64,000 nucleotides of DNA. Origin: Candidatus Cloacimonadales bacterium. Its GTDB lineage: Bacteria > Cloacimonadota > Cloacimonadia > Cloacimonadales > JAFGVF01. Shown here piece by piece: positions 40,610 through 49,632 of this stretch. The position numbers and the translations under genes are program-made. Each line of letters opens with the position of its first letter. The stretch's first letter is position 1. The notes beneath the pieces are model-generated. The model ran no database searches and was not told the DNA's origin. It was given only the letters and a program-made list of their open reading frames with translations. The DNA lies in NCBI GenBank assembly GCA_963663475.2, contig CAXXJV010000002.1:192001-256000 (forward strand), in the 5' to 3' direction.

Positions 40610-41171
40610 TTTTCTCATTCTCCTTGCTTTGCTTTTAGTAGCTTGCGAGACTCCTTCTGACTCTGTTCAAATCCAGATGGATAGAAATGCTCCTGATGAA
40701 AACAGTAAGGGGGTTGAAATGAAAAGATATAATGGTGATAAGCTCGAATATCTTTTACAAGCTAGATCAATTACTCGCTATTATGAAGACCAAAGAACTA
40801 TTGCTGATTCAGTTTATATCATGACAGTTGAAGAGGAAACTGGAATTGTTTCAACTGTTGTTTGTGATACAACAATTATTGATGACCGTTCTAATATAAT
40901 TCGCGGAATAGGAAATGTTGTCTTTAAATATGGAGATTTGAGAAGAATTGAAACAGATTTAGCTCTCTGGGATAGAACTTCTGATAGAATTACCTGCCCT
41001 GGAGAAGTTGATTACTGGGACGCTAACACGTATTTAAACGGCTATAATCTAATAACAAATTCTAAATTAGAAATGACAAAAATGGAAAAAGTATCAGGTC
41101 AAGGAGTGGCGGATGAAAAGACTTTTGGCGATTTTTCTAATCGCAACAAGCCTAACAATAGCTCTGAGTAA
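40578..41171 (+). CDS. lptC: LPS export protein LptC-like (lipoprotein)
   Basis: Lipobox LVAC, beta-jellyroll-like sequence, kdsC-lptC-lptA synteny. Confidence 0.7.
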   Translation: MKKLLKSLLISFLILLALLLVACETPSDSVQIQMDRNAPDENSKGVEMKRYNGDKLEYLLQARSITRYYEDQRTIADSVYIMTVEEETGIVSTVVCDTTIIDDRSNIIRGIGNVVFKYGDLRRIETDLALWDRTSDRITCPGEVDYWDANTYLNGYNLITNSKLEMTKMEKVSGQGVADEKTFGDFSNRNKPNNSSE

Positions 41172-42216
41172 AGAGATTATTCAAGATAAAAGTTATAAGA
41201 TAAAAAATGCTGATAATGTAGTCTTAAATAAAAATATGGATAAGTATATTCTTAATATGAACGGCAATGTGAATTTTATTTATGGCCAGATTGAGTTTTT
41301 CTGTGATAAATCAACAATAGTTGAACAAAATGAAACTGCTAAACTTTTTAATAATGTTATTGTCAAAAAAGATACACTCACCATTACTTCAGATTATGCC
41401 TACTATAATAATCTCCAAGAGATTGTTCAATTCAGTGGCAATGTCATTGCCTCTGAATACGACCCAAACATGAAACTGAAAAGAGTTTTCCAAGCTGATA
41501 CCCTTGTTTATAACAGGAAATTAGAAAAGATAACTGCTTCTAAGAATGTAATTGCTCAAGAACTATCAGAAAATATCTTTGCCTCTTCAGGCTATCTAGA
41601 ATATCATCGTAATGAAGGATATGGCTTTATGAATCTTGATCCTATTCTAGAGAATAAAAAAGATTCTTTAACTATCTCATCTGAAAAAATGGAGTATCAT
41701 GCCAATTTCGATAAAGTTCTTGCTATGTTCAATGTTGAAACAAAACTTAATGAAGCAGATATCTTTTCCAACTTTCTTATTTATTATAATGAAGAAGGTA
41801 AAGCTGTTTTTACTGGCCAACCTAAAATTGAAACTGACTTTGGTCTAGGCTCAGCAGAAACATTCAATCTCTTCTTTGTGGAAAATAATCTTTCGCATGT
41901 AGAATTTATTAATGATTGTAGGTTAGACTTCTCTTTCCAAGAAGAGCAAGACTTTAATAATTGGCTTACTGCTGAAAAAATTGATATTTTCTTTGAAGAG
42001 AAAAAACCAAAATCTATGCTAGCTGAAACTAATGTTATCTATGAAATAATTTCTGAAGAAGAAAGAGAAAATAGTAAAGACTATTCTCGAAATCAATCAT
42101 CTTCTAATAAACTGCAAGTAGTTTTCACTCAAGATAATGAAATTGAAGAGATAAATCAATTAGAAAATATTAAAGGCACTTATATCTTCAAGTCAGCTCC
42201 CAAACAAACAAAATAA
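41113..42216 (+). CDS. LptA/OstA-like periplasmic protein with repeated jellyroll units
   Basis: Signal peptide, repeated GNV/SGNV strands, directly follows lptC. Confidence 0.7.
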   Translation: MKRLLAIFLIATSLTIALSKEIIQDKSYKIKNADNVVLNKNMDKYILNMNGNVNFIYGQIEFFCDKSTIVEQNETAKLFNNVIVKKDTLTITSDYAYYNNLQEIVQFSGNVIASEYDPNMKLKRVFQADTLVYNRKLEKITASKNVIAQELSENIFASSGYLEYHRNEGYGFMNLDPILENKKDSLTISSEKMEYHANFDKVLAMFNVETKLNEADIFSNFLIYYNEEGKAVFTGQPKIETDFGLGSAETFNLFFVENNLSHVEFINDCRLDFSFQEEQDFNNWLTAEKIDIFFEEKKPKSMLAETNVIYEIISEEERENSKDYSRNQSSSNKLQVVFTQDNEIEEINQLENIKGTYIFKSAPKQTK

Positions 42217-42234
42217 GCTTATTTTCTTCTAAAT

Positions 42235-42270
42235 ATATCAAAATGATATTTAGCTATATCAAAATGATAT
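42235..42270. promoter_or_regulatory. Tandem palindromic enhancer-like sites (putative bEBP upstream activating sequence)
   Basis: ATATCA-AAA-TGATAT at 42235-42249 and again at 42256-42270 (21 bp period). Confidence 0.65.
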
Positions 42271-42356
42271 ATATTTTCAGCCTTCTTACAATCTAAAATA
42301 TTCAACTATTTATGATAAGATACTTATAGACAAAGTCTTAAGACTTTTGAAAATCT

Positions 42357-42373
42357 TTGGAACGCCCTGTGCA
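42357..42373 (+). promoter_or_regulatory. Sigma54 (-24/-12) promoter
   Basis: TTGGAACGCCCTGTGCA: GG at 42359-60, N10, GC at 42371-72; 42 nt before the ATG at 42415. Confidence 0.7.
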
Positions 42374-42414
42374 CTTAGGATTAATACGAGATTAAAAAAA
42401 AACTGGAGGATAAA

Positions 42415-43662
42415 ATGAAAAAGTTTTTAATTATTACTGTGTTAATGTCTTTAACATTAACTTTTGTGTTCGCTCAAGAAACTCAGGTCGAAGTCAACAT
42501 GGATAAGTTTGAACAAAAAATGGAAAAATTTGCTGAAGAAATGGAAGATTTAGCTGAAAAATTATCTGAAGAAGAAAATCCATTAGTTATAACCGTAACA
42601 AGTAACAATTCAGGTAGAGTTTATATGGGAGTTTTCCCCAAAGATCTAACATTAGAAGATGTTAGAGAATTAAATTATGACCTAACTTATGGTGTTTTGA
42701 TTTCTGGTGTAGTTACTGGTTCATCAGCCAGCAGACAAAAAATCTTTGCTAATGATATTATCTATGAAATTGATGGTAGAAAGGTTACTAATAATAAAGC
42801 TTTTACAGAGATTCTCAAATCTTATAATCCTGGCGATGTTGCTATGATGAAAATATTCTCAGCTGGTAAGCATATTGAAAAAGAATATACTTTTGAAGCT
42901 AAACCAAAATCAAAAGAAGATATTACTGTTGATATAGAAACAAAGAAAGATGATGTTGATTGGAACTCTATTGCTATCAACTGGATACCTCGTTACTATC
43001 AAATGGACGAAATTGATGATATAAATGAATTATTTACAGGAATGCAGTTTGATGACCTTGATGAAGATGGTATCTTTATGAATGGTTTCGGTTTCAGAAT
43101 TCATGTTGGTAGTGGTTTCTATCTTGGTGGTGAATGGAGCTGGCATGAAGCAGACCAAACAAAAAATATCCAAATGGACACAAGTGTTTTAGCAGCCTAT
43201 CCTGGAAACAATTCTGACCAAAACTACCTGAAAGGTAAAGAAAACTTTGTTAGAGAATTAAAATATTATAATGGCTTCGCTGGAGTCACTTTAGATAAAA
43301 GAATATATTTTACTAAATATTTCCAACCAGGTATTGGTTTCTTGTTAGGTGGGGGAACTCATAAAGTTGAATTTTCTCAAACAAATGGAGACTATGATTG
43401 GACTGATTTAAATAATGAATTTAACCAATCCGGTAACAATCATATGGTAATGAACAGAGATTACGTTATCTTCCAACCACGTGCTGATTTATATATCCCT
43501 ATTCTTTCTTGGGTAGGTGTTAGAGCTGAAGCAGCTTATCTTATCGGCTATACTCCTTACTCAGGCTGGAAATCTGGAGACTATGAATATGGTATTATTA
43601 ATTCTCCAGATACTAAATGCACTGGTTTAACCTTCTCTGTTGGACCATGGATTGAATTTTAA
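42415..43662 (+). CDS. Secreted PDZ-domain protein with probable C-terminal outer-membrane beta-barrel
   Basis: Signal peptide; acidic coiled coil; PDZ (YMGV, GVLISGVVTGSSA, DIIYEIDG); aromatic/Gly amphipathic strands; terminal Phe (GPWIEF). Confidence 0.75.
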   Translation: MKKFLIITVLMSLTLTFVFAQETQVEVNMDKFEQKMEKFAEEMEDLAEKLSEEENPLVITVTSNNSGRVYMGVFPKDLTLEDVRELNYDLTYGVLISGVVTGSSASRQKIFANDIIYEIDGRKVTNNKAFTEILKSYNPGDVAMMKIFSAGKHIEKEYTFEAKPKSKEDITVDIETKKDDVDWNSIAINWIPRYYQMDEIDDINELFTGMQFDDLDEDGIFMNGFGFRIHVGSGFYLGGEWSWHEADQTKNIQMDTSVLAAYPGNNSDQNYLKGKENFVRELKYYNGFAGVTLDKRIYFTKYFQPGIGFLLGGGTHKVEFSQTNGDYDWTDLNNEFNQSGNNHMVMNRDYVIFQPRADLYIPILSWVGVRAEAAYLIGYTPYSGWKSGDYEYGIINSPDTKCTGLTFSVGPWIEF

Positions 43663-43699
43663 GATAAATTAGACAAGTCGTATTAGTATATCCTTCCAC

Positions 43700-43726
43700 G
43701 CCCAATCCACATTCCTCGGATTGGGC
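43700..43726 (+). terminator. Hairpin after the PDZ gene (probable terminator)
   Basis: GCCCAATCC/GGATTGGGC stem; weak U tract. Confidence 0.45.
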
Positions 43727-43816
43727 TTCCCTTAATATTTTATATTTTTTTCTTGTCAGTTATTTTAAAATATGTTTAATTGAATTTGAAGAGTTTTAGT
43801 GATTATTTTAGATATT

Positions 43817-43893
43817 TTAACTTAGATAATGTAGTGTAATTGTTCAGAATAAGGTAATACTTTTCACTACATTTACTACACTTTCTCGGTTAA
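43817..43893. repeat. Family-1 element, degenerate copy G
   Basis: TTAACTTAGATAATGTAGTG ... TACTTTTCACTA ... TACTACACTTTCTCGGTTAA. Confidence 0.55.
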
Positions 43894-43917
43894 ATAACCT
43901 TAATGGGGTAAAAAGAA

Positions 43918-44469
43918 ATGTTTGAGAGTTTTGGAAACTACATTTTAAAAGGTGTAATAACCTTCGGTTTACTTATATTATCTTCTTATGAAGGTAATGA
44001 TGCCAGATTTAGTTCCCTGCAAGTAACTCCCTTAGACGGGGCTATAAGTATTGAATTAAATCTTGATTCTGCTTTTGATAATGATTTTGAAGAGATCTTT
44101 AAAACTGGAAAAAGCATTGATATCTGGTTTCATACCTCAGTTAGTAGTAAGGGTGTAGTTTTGGAAGAGGAAGACTTCAGTCATAAGGTAACTTATAACC
44201 CTCTTCTTGATAGTTATCTCCTGATTAAAGGCTCAGCAAATGAGTCGATTGTCTGTGAAGATTATCAATGCTTAGTTGAAGAACTATCTCTCGTTAAATG
44301 GCATTTTAGAAGACTTAGAAGTGTTTCTGATTATGATTTAGATATTTATGCATATTTAGAAAAAATCTATTTCGAAGATATGGACAAAGAATTTAATCTC
44401 ATGCTTCTATGGAAAAATAAATCACCTCGGTTGAAGGAGAGAATAAAACTCGAAAATGTAAGAAACTAA
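43918..44469 (+). CDS. DUF4390-like periplasmic protein
   Basis: Signal anchor; ..IFKTG.. and VTYNPLLDSY motifs; precedes an NtrY/NtrX-like pair, the usual DUF4390 context. Confidence 0.6.
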   Translation: MFESFGNYILKGVITFGLLILSSYEGNDARFSSLQVTPLDGAISIELNLDSAFDNDFEEIFKTGKSIDIWFHTSVSSKGVVLEEEDFSHKVTYNPLLDSYLLIKGSANESIVCEDYQCLVEELSLVKWHFRRLRSVSDYDLDIYAYLEKIYFEDMDKEFNLMLLWKNKSPRLKERIKLENVRN

Positions 44470-44490
44470 TTTTGGAAGGATAGGGGATAC

Positions 44491-45657
44491 ATGAAATATC
44501 AACCAGGGATAAGGTCATATTTTATAATTACTTTTGTTGTTGTTTTTGGATTAAGTATTTATTTTATAAACAATTATTTTCTTAATCAACAGGAAACCAT
44601 TAAAGCATCTTTTGATAACATTGATACACAACCTTTTGTCCAGAATCTAAGATTGGAAACAAACCAAGATTCTCTCTTAGCTAGCAATCTAATCAATAAT
44701 ATGAACAGCTTGAAAGCACTGACAACAACTACTCTCATCGAAGTGAAAAGTTATTCCTGGATGGTTATTATTGCTATTGCTCTCGTTGCCTTTGGACTCT
44801 TCATTTTCATAGTAATGAAATTTTCTAAACCAATTATCGAACTTCAAAAAGCTACTGAACTAATCCAAAAAGGTTTCTATGAAGTTTCATTGCCTGAAAC
44901 AGGTATTAGAGAGATGAGACAACTTAAAAAATCATTTAATGCTATGTCTAAAGAACTAACTAATACCCAAGAAAAACTTGTAGAATCAGAAAAACAAGCT
45001 ATCTGGAAAGACCTTTCTCGAGCCCTAGCTCACGAAATAAAAAATCCGTTAACTCCTATCCAACTTACTCTGCAAAGACTTGAAGAAAAATATGAAGATA
45101 AAGAAAAATTCTATGATTACTTCCCTCAAGCTTCAGAGGTGATTCATAACGAAATTCAAAATCTACTCTCAATATCTAGAAATTTCTCAACCTTTGCTAA
45201 ACTCGTTATACCTGAAAAATCTGCCTTCTCTCCCAAGCAAATTCTTGAGAATATCATTGATTCTTATAGCTCTGATTATGACATAAATAAGAACTTTCAA
45301 ACAGAGGCTATCGCCTACTTTGACCAAGACCACTTCTATCAAATTATTACTAACTTGCTACAAAATGCTATAGATGCAAGTGAAAGAAATACTCCAATTG
45401 AAGTAAGCTTAAAAGAAAAGCACAGACTAATTATTGTCTGTATTGAAGACCATGGTGTAGGTATTTCTCGGGAAAATATTAACAGAATCTATAACCCATA
45501 CTTCACTCAAAAAGCAAATGGGAGTGGTATAGGTTTGGCCCTAGTTAAGAAATTTATAGAAGCTAATGGATCAACTATCTATGTAAATAGCCAAGAAGGA
45601 ATTGGCACAAAATTTAGATTCTCTATGGAGATTTTTAATGAAAATATTAATAGCTGA
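44491..45657 (+). CDS. HAMP-domain sensor histidine kinase, NtrY-like
   Basis: Two TM helices, HAMP, WKDLSRALAHEIKNPLTPI H-box, NLLQNA, DHGVG and GSGIGL. Confidence 0.92.
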   Translation: MKYQPGIRSYFIITFVVVFGLSIYFINNYFLNQQETIKASFDNIDTQPFVQNLRLETNQDSLLASNLINNMNSLKALTTTTLIEVKSYSWMVIIAIALVAFGLFIFIVMKFSKPIIELQKATELIQKGFYEVSLPETGIREMRQLKKSFNAMSKELTNTQEKLVESEKQAIWKDLSRALAHEIKNPLTPIQLTLQRLEEKYEDKEKFYDYFPQASEVIHNEIQNLLSISRNFSTFAKLVIPEKSAFSPKQILENIIDSYSSDYDINKNFQTEAIAYFDQDHFYQIITNLLQNAIDASERNTPIEVSLKEKHRLIIVCIEDHGVGISRENINRIYNPYFTQKANGSGIGLALVKKFIEANGSTIYVNSQEGIGTKFRFSMEIFNENINS

Positions 45658-46981
45658 TGATGAAATAAATATTGTAAAATTACTGAAAGAAATCTTCGAA
45701 GATGATAAGCATGAAACTGAATCTGCCTATAATGGCCAAGAAGCTCTGGATAAATTTAAAGCCTTTCAACCAGATGTCACATTTTTAGATGTAAAAATGC
45801 CTGTTATGGATGGAGTTAAAACTCTAGAAAAGATAAAAAATTATGCTCCAAATGCTCTAATAATTATGATTTCTGGCCATAGTAATATTCCGATAGCTGT
45901 TAAATCTATAAAAGGAGGAGCCTATGACTTTTTAGAAAAACCTCTCTCTCTTCCCATAGTCAAAGTAACACTCAATAAAGCTATTAAACACATTAGAATC
46001 AATAATAAAGTAGCAAACTTAGAAGAAAATTTAGATGCTAAATATACTATGATCGGTAATTCTCAACCTATGCAAAAACTAAAATCATTGGTTAAAAAAG
46101 TCGCAGTCACTAACTCCAAGGTTCTTATCCAAGGGGAAAGTGGTACTGGAAAAGAACTTGTCGCCTGGGCTATTCATACTCAAAGCTCTAGAGCAGAAAA
46201 TTCTTTTATCCGCTTTAACTCAGCTGCTATACCCAATGAACTGGTGGAAAGCGAACTCTTCGGTTATGAAAAAGGTGCCTTTACTGGAGCAGAAAATTCT
46301 AAAAAAGGTAAGATTGAAGAAGCTGACGGTGGAACACTTTTTTTAGATGAAATAGGGGATATGAGTATGACTGCTCAAGCAAAGATTTTAAGAGTCATTC
46401 AAGAAGGTGAGTTTGAAAGAGTTGGATCAAATCTGCCTATAAAAGTAGATGCTCGTATCATCGCTGCTACTCATAAAAATCTAAGTCAACTTATTAATGA
46501 AGGCAAATTTAGAGAAGACCTCTTTTACCGACTTAATGTCCTTCCTTTAAGTGTTCCCCCTCTAAGAGAACGATTAGATGATATCCCTGTCCTGATTGAA
46601 TATTTTTCTAATAATAATGCCCATGAAATGAAAATTACCCCTAAAAAATTCTCTCCTCAAGCTATTGATTATCTGAAAAAACAAGCCTTTCCTGGAAATA
46701 TCAGAGAATTAAAAAATTTGATAGAAAGACTTTACATTGTCTCGGATGATGAAACTATTGATCTCTCCCTTGTCTCTAATTTCCATAATTCTCATAAGAA
46801 GCAAGGAGACTTCTGGAATGAAACAACTTGTTATAGTGATAAAAAAAATCAATTTGAAAAGAAGTATTTAGAAATTCAACTTAAAAAACACCAAGGTAAT
46901 ATCTCAAAAACTTCCCAAGCTTTAGGACTTCAACAAAGCAACCTTTCCCGAAAAATAAAAGAACTAGGAATTGAACTTTGA
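45638..46981 (+). CDS. Sigma54-dependent response regulator, NtrC/NtrX family
   Basis: REC domain (ADDE, DVKMP, KP); AAA+ GESGTGKE, ESELFG, intact GAFTGA, LFLDEI; C-terminal HTH. Confidence 0.95.
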   Translation: MKILIADDEINIVKLLKEIFEDDKHETESAYNGQEALDKFKAFQPDVTFLDVKMPVMDGVKTLEKIKNYAPNALIIMISGHSNIPIAVKSIKGGAYDFLEKPLSLPIVKVTLNKAIKHIRINNKVANLEENLDAKYTMIGNSQPMQKLKSLVKKVAVTNSKVLIQGESGTGKELVAWAIHTQSSRAENSFIRFNSAAIPNELVESELFGYEKGAFTGAENSKKGKIEEADGGTLFLDEIGDMSMTAQAKILRVIQEGEFERVGSNLPIKVDARIIAATHKNLSQLINEGKFREDLFYRLNVLPLSVPPLRERLDDIPVLIEYFSNNNAHEMKITPKKFSPQAIDYLKKQAFPGNIRELKNLIERLYIVSDDETIDLSLVSNFHNSHKKQGDFWNETTCYSDKKNQFEKKYLEIQLKKHQGNISKTSQALGLQQSNLSRKIKELGIEL

Positions 46982-47021
46982 CATTAGAGGCCATAGACAA
47001 ATCTCACTAATTGTCTTTATC

Positions 47022-47100
47022 CATCCCTTACCCTTCCTTTACGGTCTTTCGATGAAAGTCCCAGTTTCATCGAAAGACCGTAAAGGAAGGGTAAGGGATG
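47022..47100. repeat. Family-2 long palindrome, copy 2 (perfect 36 bp arms, 7 nt loop)
   Basis: CATCCCTTACCCTTCCTTTACGGTCTTTCGATGAAA-gtcccag-TTTCATCGAAAGACCGTAAAGGAAGGGTAAGGGATG. Confidence 0.9.
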
Positions 47101-47111
47101 CTTATAGCATC

Positions 47112-47308
47112 TAAACCCAAATAAAGCAGTAGAACTTTGTGAATAGCAGAATATTATTCTGCAAAAATAAGATCCATGATTTCTCCGAATATATATTATG
47201 ACTTCAAATTATGTAACTTATTTTGCTAAAAGAATCCAGCACTCTTCACCTGTGATACGTAGCTTTAGCGAAGTATTACTAAAGCTCTACTCCACTATCT
47301 GGATTTAA
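47112..47308. repeat. Family-1 element, long copy H
   Basis: TAAACCCAAATAAAGCAGTAGAACTTTGTGAATAGCAG ... GCACTCTTCACCTGTGATACGTAGCTTTAGCGAAGTATTACTAAAGCTCTACTCCACTATCTGGATTTAA. Confidence 0.85.
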
Positions 47309-47377
47309 CAAAGTCCAATAAAATACTTGACTCTAAAAGGCATTCCTAAAGAATTATTAATCAGAGGTATAAGATTA

Positions 47378-49600
47378 ATGAAAAAGATAGTCAGTATTTT
47401 TATTATATTATTTGTTTTTCATGTCCTGTCAGCTGATGTTTATGTAGATTCTTTGAAGCAAGTTATAGAATCACTTCCTTTCTCATATGAAAAAGGAGAT
47501 AAAATTTGGGATTTAGCTATTTATCAAACTAATAATCTCAAACAAGCAGAAAAGGCAATAAAGAACTTTAACTTAGCTACTCAAATGTTTGTAGAGATGG
47601 ATTCTCTGGAAAGTGCTGTTAAAGCTCATGGCAATGTTTTCAAAGTAGCTTTTACCTTCCCTGAAAATTTCGAGTATTCTAAACAAGCGTTTAAGAAACA
47701 TCTTGAGTTTTTAGATAATCCCAAACTTGCTAAAATGAAACGTTCAATGCTAATAAGTATCCAACGGCATCTTTTGAATGCCTATATTTTAAAAGAAATG
47801 GAAGAACTAAAAAAGGGCTTAGCTGAAGTAGAAATATATTTTGATGATAGAGAAAACGATGACCTAAAACTTGAATTTGACCATTATTATATACTCATGA
47901 CCAATTATTACTATGGAGAAGAAAAAGCACTTACAGAATCAATGAAAATCTATGAAAATATCCAAGAGGGGAAATATAACCTTACATATCCTGAAAAGGA
48001 ATTGGCCAGAGTCAAGATGCTATCTAATATGCAAAATTATCACTATTATAGAGGGGATATTGAACAGTCTAGTAAACTTCTAGCTCAAGCCCTGGATATT
48101 GCTAGAGATGTTTCTATAAATTACTCAGACCAACTTACCCCTATTCAACAGATAAACCTTAGAGATAGTATTGGCCAGCTAATGACTTTAAAGACTGATA
48201 ATATTGAAATTAAACTAGAAAACCTAGCAGAAATAGAACAAGGCTATCTCGATGTAAATAAATTTACTAAGTCTTATGACCCAGAAAGAACTTTTAATAA
48301 TTTTACTAAAATAGCCCATGCTTATGATGTAATTTATACAGGTAAACATCCTAAGGTTAAATACTATTTAGATAAAGCACAAGATCAAAGTGGAAACGTG
48401 CAAAATAAGCTGTATTTGACTAATTATTATCTCACAAAGGCTCGATATCTATTAAATAGAAAAGACTATAAGGCAGCTGATTTAGCCTTCGCTAAGGTGG
48501 AAGATTATGTAGAAAAATCAAATCAATCATGGATAAAATTTAACTATATTATGGAAAGATCTCGTTATTACTTTGAACAAGATCAAACTAAAAAAGCCTA
48601 TGATATGATTACTGGTTTTTATAAGTCTATTGATAAAGATTTTTCAAATAATATAGCCGAAAAAACTGCTGAACTAAATAATCAATTAGATACCCAAAAA
48701 TTAATTCATCAACAGACAAGATTAGAGGATGAACTTAGAATTAAATCCTTGCAGAATTCTCGTGAAACTCTTGTAACAACCCTAGTGGGAATAGTCCTTG
48801 GCTTTACTACTCTCTTACTAGTAAATAATGTTAGACTTAATAAAAAGCTTAAAACTAACCTTCATAGACAAGGTTCTCAATTGAAAGAAGAGATGGAAAT
48901 TAGCCAGAAGAGAGCCCAAGAATTAATTTTTTCTGAGAAACTATCTACTTCAGGCCAAATAGCTTCATCGATAGCCCATGAAATTAAAAATCCTCTAACT
49001 AATATTATTACTGCTGCTAAACTCCTCCATGATTCAAGGAATGAAAATGATATTGAGAAGTTTTATAACATTTGTCAAAGAAATTCTTGGTTAGCAATCG
49101 ATAAAATTAATGCCCTACTTGAGTATTCCAAACAAAAGAAAATGAATTTTGTAGCCTATTCTCTTAAATCTGTCATGAAAGAAGCTTATAACTTAAGCAA
49201 GGGAAGCCTGGAGGATAATCAAGTTAATTTTCAGTTAATCTATAATACCCATGATGATGTCTGCACAATAGACCCTAAAGAAATAACAGGTGTTCTCGTA
49301 AACTTAATTCTAAATTCAGTTCAAGCTATGGAAGATGATAATGAAGATAAAAGAATTGATGCTATCTTAGATGCTGAAGATAAGGATTATATTATTACAA
49401 TTAAAGATAATGGCGAAGGAATTGAGACTAGTAGATTAGATAAGATTTTTAACCCCTTCTATACCACTAAAGTAAAGGGTACTGGCCTAGGCTTAAGCTA
49501 TGCTCAAAAAGTAATTCTTGAACATCATGGGTCAATCTCTATTGATTCAAAAGAAGGTAATGGCACTCAAGTAGTTATCAGAATACCAAGGCAAGTATAA
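47378..49600 (+). CDS. Sensor histidine kinase with large helical (TPR-like) extracytoplasmic domain
   Basis: Signal peptide, about 470 aa helical region, TM, IAHEIKNPL, NLILNS, DNGEG and GTGLGL; no adjacent cognate regulator downstream. Confidence 0.88.
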   Translation: MKKIVSIFIILFVFHVLSADVYVDSLKQVIESLPFSYEKGDKIWDLAIYQTNNLKQAEKAIKNFNLATQMFVEMDSLESAVKAHGNVFKVAFTFPENFEYSKQAFKKHLEFLDNPKLAKMKRSMLISIQRHLLNAYILKEMEELKKGLAEVEIYFDDRENDDLKLEFDHYYILMTNYYYGEEKALTESMKIYENIQEGKYNLTYPEKELARVKMLSNMQNYHYYRGDIEQSSKLLAQALDIARDVSINYSDQLTPIQQINLRDSIGQLMTLKTDNIEIKLENLAEIEQGYLDVNKFTKSYDPERTFNNFTKIAHAYDVIYTGKHPKVKYYLDKAQDQSGNVQNKLYLTNYYLTKARYLLNRKDYKAADLAFAKVEDYVEKSNQSWIKFNYIMERSRYYFEQDQTKKAYDMITGFYKSIDKDFSNNIAEKTAELNNQLDTQKLIHQQTRLEDELRIKSLQNSRETLVTTLVGIVLGFTTLLLVNNVRLNKKLKTNLHRQGSQLKEEMEISQKRAQELIFSEKLSTSGQIASSIAHEIKNPLTNIITAAKLLHDSRNENDIEKFYNICQRNSWLAIDKINALLEYSKQKKMNFVAYSLKSVMKEAYNLSKGSLEDNQVNFQLIYNTHDDVCTIDPKEITGVLVNLILNSVQAMEDDNEDKRIDAILDAEDKDYIITIKDNGEGIETSRLDKIFNPFYTTKVKGTGLGLSYAQKVILEHHGSISIDSKEGNGTQVVIRIPRQV

Positions 49601-49632
49601 CACTCCTTAATTTTCTATATCTTACTAAATCT

